From contig OZ024749.1 of the NCBI GenBank assembly GCA_964016885.1, positions 31,806,001 to 31,870,000 of the forward strand: a stretch of 64,000 nt of DNA, given 5' to 3'. Made by a program: the position numbers and the translations under genes. Below are positions 55,633 to 64,000 of the stretch, one piece after another (within the stretch, counting starts at the first letter, position 1; every line of letters starts with the position of its first letter). Below the pieces are notes generated by a model that was not told the origin of the DNA, ran no database searches, and was given only the letters and a program-made list of their open reading frames with translations. Source of the stretch: Eledone cirrhosa (taxonomy: Eukaryota).

Positions 55633-56640
55633 CTAGCCCGACTACCCGCGCCTTGCTGCGTTTCACACATTTTTTTGTAAGAAATGATTGATTTTAAATC
55701 AGTGATATCATTTATGGAGAAAAATTCTGCATTTCAATATTACTCAATGTAAAATGAGTTATTACTCATGAAAAATTGGAAAATATTATTTTTTATAATG
55801 TATCAAATCAAAATTACATTACTAAATTTTATTCTTATTTTGTTTCTTGTAAATAATCTTTTTCAAAATATCAATTCAAAACTTGATTATTTCATTTTTG
55901 TGTAAAGCATTATTTTCAAATTAGAAATTCAAAGTTTAATTATTTATTTTTTAACATAATAAATACATGAAAATATGTCATGCTTTGTCCTAATGAAGAA
56001 CTTCATGTAAACAACATTTCTTGATTGGCTAAAATGTAGAGATTTTTTGAAGTTCCAGTCCTTGAAACAGCCACATAAAATATGCCATGACTGAAACATG
56101 GGTTTGTCAGATCTATACCAATAGTTTTGAAAGTTTGACCGTGACTCTTATTGATGTTCATGGCAAAGCATGGCCTCTTAAATGTAAAAGGCAACTCGCT
56201 ATCACTTGGTATAAGTGGAATTCCTCGGAATGAGAAGAGTTTGACCTTTGTAAGCCCCAAATATAATGGTTGCTTCAATCAAGTTCTCATGCAATCTTAT
56301 TACAACACATCTTGTTCCATTTATTGGCCAAAATGTTCACTATAGGGGGTTTAACCCCCATTAGGGTGTCTTAATATTATTGAAATTTGTTGAGACTAGG
56401 CATCATATCTTGTCATTTACCTATGGTTTAAATTTCATATAAATTGAAGGAAAAAAGTTTCAGCGAGGGTTTGTGCAACCGGGGAACCGTTTGATTAAAA
56501 TGAAATATACTTATCCAAGTACCCCGGGCAATGTAGTTTCAGAATATATATGGTTATATCTCCAAAACCATAGGAGGAGTTCGTGAACAAACAAACAAAC
56601 AAACAAACAGACGGGAACTAAAACTTTATATATATAAATA
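55633..56640 (-). mobile_element. Internally deleted Helitron with a PIF1 helicase remnant
   Basis: IPLIPSD.ELPFTFKR..FAMNINKSHGQT...CFSHG.FYVAVSR (56003-56278); hairpin plus CTAG at the 3' end. Confidence 0.85.
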
Positions 56641-57178
56641 TATATATACACAAATTTTAGTACAGCATCAACGAAGCTTTTGGCAGCAGCCAAGCTAACG
56701 AATGCAGATTCGGTGTGCCGCTAAGCACTCAATGGTGAATATTACCCCAGAGTTATAACATTATGTTTAGACAGCTTTGCAAATACAGCGACCGATAGTC
56801 GAGCTGCATTGCCATAGCGACGAAAAAAACTGAACTCAGGAAAAATTTTTGACTGACCTGGACCGTAACGTAGACATCAAATGCAACACATAACGTATAG
56901 CATACAATATACACCACATATAACATACAACATCTCCGCTAGGTTTCTGTAAATCCGAAATCGACAAATTCCACTTGCAGGGGTCTGCAAGTTAATGGCT
57001 TTTGACGACAGAACAAAGGAGTTTACTTCGTCAACAAGTGTTTCGTTCTATTCCTCAACGGGTGTATTTTCTAGCAGTAAACTTCGCTAGAGACACGTGG
57101 TTTTCCCAAAGGGAGGTAACCCACGTTTTGGCGGTCAATTCGAAATTTGGGACAAAGGAATAAAATTCCTTTAGACAA

Positions 57179-57237
<59 letters not shown>

Positions 57238-57408
57238 CAATACCGGAGAAAGCTTTTTAGCGATACTCCGGCCAAATTCCAACTCACTCAACAAACATTA
57301 GGAAATAAGTGATTATATTCCTAATTAAGCGTTCGGGGTGCTAACTAAAAGTATTGCGTGGAAAATTGGCTGTATTATTTCATATGAGACATATCGAATA
57401 TATCTCTT

Positions 57409-57535
57409 CCCAGACGGACGTCTCGTTTCATTATAGGATTCCTACAATTTGGGTGAAATTATACCAATTTATGTAGGAGCTGGTATACCATAAATAGATA
57501 TATATTCAAGTGGGCTCCTATAATTCATCAGTGGG
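57409..57535 (-). ncRNA. Hammerhead with long stem II (family E, diverged copy)
   Basis: CCCA-CTGATGA-ATTATAGG...CCTATAAT-GAA-ACG(agacgtc)CGT-C-TGGG. Confidence 0.85.
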
Positions 57536-57717
57536 TGCCCCAATAATACTAATATTGATAATCTAATCAACATCAGTATTTAGCGATAATCATCATCAGT
57601 GCCTGAGGTATCTGTCAGGTTGCTAGTCCAGCAGTTCTAAAGAAATGCTCAAACTGATTCAAAAATGAGGAAGTAAATTACCGCCCAAAAAAACAATACA
57701 TATACATATATATGTAT

Positions 57718-57826
<109 letters not shown>

Positions 57827-58098
57827 GAGAGAGAGAGAGAGAGGGGTGTGGATTCCTGGTGAATATCGGGAGGTGGCCACGATTAAAGAAAGTAATCAAT
57901 ACGTTAGTAAGGTATAGGCATCGCTATTTTCTACACGACTAGGGGTGTTATTTTCGTAAGAAATCATATATATATATATGTATATTATATATATTTATAC
58001 ATGGTGTCACAAAAATGATTACACACTTCAACAGCATTCTAATAAATATTGCATGTACAGGTAATCGAAGTGTGTATACATTCTTGGGGGATACCCTG

Positions 58099-58130
<32 letters not shown>

Positions 58131-58134
58131 ACTA

Positions 58135-58209
<75 letters not shown>

Positions 58210-58312
58210 ATATATATATGTATAAATATTTATATTTATATTTAAACATTTTAGTTAATACGAAGCATTGTGGGAAATTATCCGTCAGTATTTTACACAC
58301 ACATAGACTGAC

Positions 58313-58443
<131 letters not shown>

Positions 58444-58484
58444 AGTGTATGCATGTGCACGCGCTCGTGTGTGTTTGTGTATGT

Positions 58485-58516
<32 letters not shown>

Positions 58517-58632
58517 TTATATATTCTTTATACCCACATTTCCGTTTCATAAACTTCTTCTCCATATATATATATATATATATATAAATATACGATATTA
58601 ACAAATGGAAACTATATTTATAAAACCATATT

Positions 58633-58697
58633 TATTTCATTATACATATTTCAAGGACACCAAATTAAATTATGGTGTGCTTTCATCAGATAAAATA
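58633..58697 (-). ncRNA. Hammerhead (family F)
   Basis: Same architecture as 30681; lies in a fold-back insert at 58590-58870. Confidence 0.7.
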
Positions 58698-59211
58698 TAA
58701 TATAGAGCAGTTTTATAAATAAATATGTATAATGAAATAAATATGGTTTTATAAATATAGTTTCCATGTGTTAATATCGTATTTCTACTCCAAATATTTG
58801 TTGAGTGCTTTATATCAGTTATAAAAATATTTTCTTGTTGTATCCCAACAATTTAAATAGAACTTTTACACACATATATATATATATAGGTATGTGTGTG
58901 TGTGAATGTTGGCGTGTGCTCTGAATCAGAAAATTATTTACAAATATTTATTGACACATAAATACATCTCAGAGGCAATTGCATTTTTTCTTGGGTACTC
59001 AGTGTACAGATGTAGCGTGTGTAGTGAGTGCGTGCCTGCGGCATGTGTTGTGTGAGTATGTTTTGTATCAGTTTTTTTCTTTTGCGAATGCATATGTATA
59101 TGTGTGTGTATGAATGTGTGTATGTGTGTTCGTACATGTGAGTTTTCTGTTGCTTTACGATATTTTCCATCCATTTATTTGCTAGGATAAAGGCCTATAT
59201 ATAATGTATGA

Positions 59212-59272
<61 letters not shown>

Positions 59273-59859
59273 TAAAGTTAGTCCTTCATCAGTGATCTTC
59301 CAACCATCATTGGTATTTCATCGCTTTAAAGACCATATACCTCCGGTTGGTGCGAGCAACGGCTAAAAAAAGTCGTTGGGACACGTAAATAAAGTGGACA
59401 CGAGTGTAAACAAATAAAGATGGTGAAGCAACGAAAAGTGAGGAAGAAGGAGTCAAGTCCCAAATTTCTATGAATTTAAATTCGGTGAAATCGTGAACGA
59501 GAGAGAATAAAGACCATCAAACCTGGTTGGAATGTGAGCAAGGAAGGAATTCCGTACAGGTCTAACGGGAGGAAGAAGGGATCTAGTCTGTGAATTCGGT
59601 GAACGTAAGTTCTGTGAAATCGTAGACGATATATATATATATATATATATATACGATATATTAACAAATGGAAACTATATTTATTTCATTATACATATTT
59701 CAAGGACACCAATTTAAATTATGGTGTGCTTTTATGAGATAAAATATAATATAGATCAGTTTTATGAATAAATATTGACATACCCTTAAAGAATGCGACC
59801 ATTTCTGTTGGATTCTTTAAGGGTATGTCAATATTTATTTATAACACTAATCTACATTA

Positions 59860-59924
59860 TATTTTATCTGATGAAAGCACACCATAATTTAACTTGGTGT
59901 CCTTGAAATATGTATAATGAAATA
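59860..59924 (+). ncRNA. Hammerhead (family F) in a fold-back insert at 59652-60055
   Basis: TATTTTAT-CTGATGA-AAGC ACACCA..TGGTGT CCTT-GAA-ATATGTAT-A-ATGAAATA. Confidence 0.7.
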
Positions 59925-60053
59925 AATATGGTTTTATAAATATAGTTTCCATTTGTTAATATATTGTATTTTTACTCCAATAATTTGTTGAGTGCTTTAT
60001 ATCAGTTATAAAAATATTTGCTTGTTGTATCCCAACAATTTAAATAGAACTTC

Positions 60054-60122
<69 letters not shown>

Positions 60123-60487
60123 ATTTATATAGCATTCAAAATATATACTTAAATATTTTATTTAAACGACCTCTGTTTGTTAAAGGTCATTTTGTCATGA
60201 AACTATCCCTGTATGTGTACCCGTATAAATATATACATACATACACATACACACACTCATACACACACGCATACACACACACATATATATATGTATGTAT
60301 ATATAAAGGTCATTTTGTCATGAAACTATCCCTGTATGTGTACTCGTATAAATATATACATACATACACATACACACACACACTCATACACACACGCATA
60401 CACACACACACATATATATGTATGTATATATATATATTTATATGTATATATATATGTATATATATACACACACACACACACACACAT

Positions 60488-60535
<48 letters not shown>

Positions 60536-60812
60536 GCATACAGGTGTATATATCCGAACACCACAAATACATGTATCACCTGTGGCATTTGATGCACTTT
60601 TTTTTTTAATCCTATTTGAAAAATAAGATACATTTATATTCAGTCTGTTATAATTAGCATAGAGTTCTTTACATTTACGTAGCTATTAGTATCCTTATGT
60701 ATTATATATATTTAAATATACCTGCATAATTGAATGGATACACACACACACGCATATATATACACACACATATATATATATATAGTAGTTCCACAACAAT
60801 TAGTTCAACATT

Positions 60813-60855
60813 ACCGAGACCAATCGTTTCACTTTATTCGGATCATCAGCTCGGT
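60813..60855 (-). ncRNA. Family-B hammerhead, cleavage-site U mutated
   Basis: ACCGAG-CTGATGA-TCCGAATAAAGT-GAA-ACGATTGG-T-CTCGGT. Confidence 0.6.
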
Positions 60856-61080
60856 TTAAATGAGGATGTACGGAAAAGGAAAACGAACTGTGCGAATACG
60901 CATGTGCAGAAACAGTCAGTGCCAAGGGGAGGTAAACCCACGATACATCGTTGTGAGGGAGACGACTGTGGATGCTCATATATATTGTAATTAAAATCGA
61001 AGCATTGTGTGCAATGATCGGTCGGTATTTTACAAACACTCACACACACAAACACACACACATACACACACACCCACACA

Positions 61081-61118
<38 letters not shown>

Positions 61119-62080
61119 GTGTCTGTCTGTATCTCTCTCTCTCTCTCTCTCTCACTCTCTCTCTCATATATATATATATTTACACGCAGCAACACAAATA
61201 TGTCACTCGCAACTGAATGTGAATTGAGGGCCGAAACACTCGCTAGAGTGAGGTTTATTCTCTGAAGACCTTCTGATGTCCAGCTCTCCTCAGAGTATCA
61301 TACCAATGACCTAGTAGTACGCATCATACTTTCACTAAGCTGTTTAGACGCCCTGCAGTTGCAAAGCCTCATGCGAAACATCCAACAGTTGGGAGGGAAA
61401 AAGGTCGCATAATTCCTGGGTTGGTACATTCATTATCGACCTCACGCCCTTTTCGAACATTTTGAAAGCATCGATACTGCCAATCGACCGCACTTGTTAA
61501 TTTATATATAATAAATAATATAATATATATACTATTTATAAATAAATGTTATATTTTTTTTGTTATATTATATTTATATATAATATGTATCATTTGATTT
61601 TTAATATACTATTATACCATCTCTGCCGGCTGTCCCACCACCCCCTTAGGCCGCAGTGTCTCCCTGGACCTTCTCAACGGCCCCCAGGGGAGGTAGCACC
61701 CACTTCGAAAATCACTGCCCTAGATGATGAAATGGATTTCCGCATAATTGAAATCCAAGATATATTGGCATAACCCACTGTATTCTCCTTTGATTCGTAT
61801 CTAATTAACCCTCATTAGAACATCGGAGCGGAGTTAAATAGCCGCAAGTGCGAGCACCACGAGGCGAGGCGCAGCGGCTATTCCACCCCGCCTCCCTCCC
61901 CATCCTCCGGGGCAATGTCTTCTCCATCCTGTCGACCAGGACCACGAGGCGGATTCACCATTAAGTTTCAAATATTTTTTTTACATTTTCAATAAAATGA
62001 ATTATGTTTAACGTATATTAATGTATATATTTAATTATTTCTAAACATTTATGTATATATGTGTGTGTGAATATGTATAT

Positions 62081-62118
<38 letters not shown>

Positions 62119-62129
62119 AATATGTACAT

Positions 62130-62171
<42 letters not shown>

Positions 62172-62184
62172 TATATATGTGTGA

Positions 62185-62237
<53 letters not shown>

Positions 62238-62789
62238 CGTTTCTGAATTTGTTTACCAAGATTCTTTATCTGAAAACGTGTGTTGAAACCGATATTGTTA
62301 TACTTTTGGAGGGTCATGTTGCCAATAAGTACTTGCCTTACATAAATATTAATGTAAATGTATCTTTCTTTTAGTTACAGTTGGTACATCGGACTACAGC
62401 CGACCTCCATCATCATTTTTCTTGACACAAAACGGTAAAACCAAAACCGTAAGTAATAAAATCCTTCTACTGTATGTCTCTATTTTCTGAAATGAGTCAC
62501 GACCGGTAGATAGTATCATTAATGGGAAGATTAATGGAAACCTTGTTCCAACCCCATTCGGTAGGCGAATGAGGTATGGGATCCTGTCGATCGATTCAAT
62601 AAATAGAATGTCTCTATAACTATTGTTAGGCGGCAAACTGGCAATGTCGATAAAAGGTCGGACAGAAACGTTTATTAGTGTCCTTAGGAAGCAGGCTTAC
62701 TCGTTTAGTTTGTACCTTGAGCCGATCGATCGCGAAAGACGTGTAACGTGTGAATAATCATAGATACATTGATACTTAGTTCCTGCTCG

Positions 62790-62972
62790 ATTGGCAGTAT
62801 CGGTAGAGGGTCGGACGCCATGCTTTGACGCATAGAGTTACGGCCCTTGCCATTCTGAGTTCAAATCCCGCCGAGGTTAACTTTGCCCTTCATCCTTACG
62901 GGGTCGATAAAATAAAGTAGCAGTAATGCACTGGGTAATTGCTGGCATTGTGCCAAAAGTAGAAACAATTAT
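62790..62972 (+). mobile_element. SINE
   Basis: Consensus match. Confidence 0.9.
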
Positions 62973-63091
62973 TATTATTGTATTTTTTTTTCTTCAATAC
63001 TTACATCCTACCAGTGGTGTTATAAGGTCTTGACTGTGTTAATTGGACGACGAGATCACTTCAGAAGCCCTCTACATTCCAGAACCACATC

Positions 63092-63430
63092 ATGACGCTT
63101 ATGACTGGCAAGCGGCTCAGCAACCGTATCTGTATCAGTGAGCTGCGCAACACTACCAGCCTTAGACCAATTACGTCAAATGTCAAGTCAAGAGTATTCA
63201 AACTATACGGTCATATAAAAAGATCAACTCGTGGTGTGAGTAGGTTATGTTTGGAAGGATGGTTGGCTGGTGAGAGAAGCAGAGGCCGGCAGCCAAAACA
63301 ATGGCTTGGTAATGTATGTCTATGGACTGGACTTGATCTATGCTCTTTAAACACTGCTACTGGTTATCGAACTTTGTGGAGAAAAATATGTCATGTTGAT
63401 ACACAGTCTACAACTGGCGGAGATTGGCGT
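63092..63430 (+). mobile_element. RTE-like LINE C-terminal fragment
   Basis: LYGHIKR...LEG..GERSRGRQPKQW...W motif. Confidence 0.75.
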
Positions 63431-63684
63431 CAAAGTAGTATATATATTTTCTAATTATCTTATTTGTTATCGAAATGATTCTATAGAATTATAACTGTTT
63501 CATTCGTAAGAAATCAGGAAAGTACAAGACTTTCATGATTTTCTTACGACTCATATAGTTCTAGACCGATGGAAGTCAATCTATAAAAAAATAAAGATGG
63601 CTACTCGAGTAACATATTGAGTATCTTTTTTAATTGTAGTCACTTCCTCATATACATTGAGAAGCTACCTATAATTGTATGAAT

Positions 63685-63744
<60 letters not shown>

Positions 63745-63776
63745 AGAACAAAAGATGGTTAAAAGAGTTCCATGTA

Positions 63777-63843
63777 TTTTATTATGCGCATTTCAAAAAC
63801 AAACATCATCATGCAATAATATTTGTGTTTTCATCAGATAAAA
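63777..63843 (-). ncRNA. Hammerhead (family F-like); inverted copy at 63941-64000 runs off the window
   Basis: TTTTAT-CTGATGA-AAAC..GTTTT-GAA-ATGCGCAT-A-ATAAAA. Confidence 0.75.
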
Positions 63844-64000
63844 CAGGAAGACATGATATGAAGGTTAAAAAACACTTGATATGTTGATTTAAAACTGCAC
63901 TATCCACAAGTGTTTTTTAAACTTCATATCATGTCTTCCTGTTTTATCTGATGAAAACACAAATATTATTGCATGATGATGTTTGTTTTTGAAATGCGCC

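Noticed and set aside
56651-56740. Exon-like GC-richer segment
   Set aside because: No frame that is both compatible with exon 8 and recognisably homologous.
61212-61256. GAAA-CACTC-GCTA-GAGTG stem-III-like hairpin
   Set aside because: Upstream core and UH triplet do not fit.

Overview
Eukaryotic, AT-rich, microsatellite-saturated DNA; the SINE and repeat content looks cephalopod (Octopus-like), which is an inference. Nearly all ORFs in the supplied track are (TA)n/(CA)n/(GA)n translations. Reading by hand gives an 8-exon + strand gene (3614-38967, canonical GT-AG, phase-consistent, about 308 codons) that resembles CCDC83; most of its exons are missing from the ORF track. Introns and flanks hold tRNA-derived SINEs, a Tx1/L1-type LINE with a 21-bp TSD in (GATA)n, a 5'-truncated Penelope-like element (RT + GIY-YIG) with an inverted 3' end, two Helitrons, RTE fragments and MITEs. 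The main hidden signal is about 20 type-I hammerhead-ribozyme motifs from roughly 10 apparently unrelated repeat families. They sit in short fold-back or terminally redundant inserts within microsatellites, most have a palindromic stem III, and several have a very long (50-115 nt) stem II with compensatory changes between copies. This suggests a diverse Penelope/retrozyme-like population. All structures were folded by eye; no search or folding software was run.
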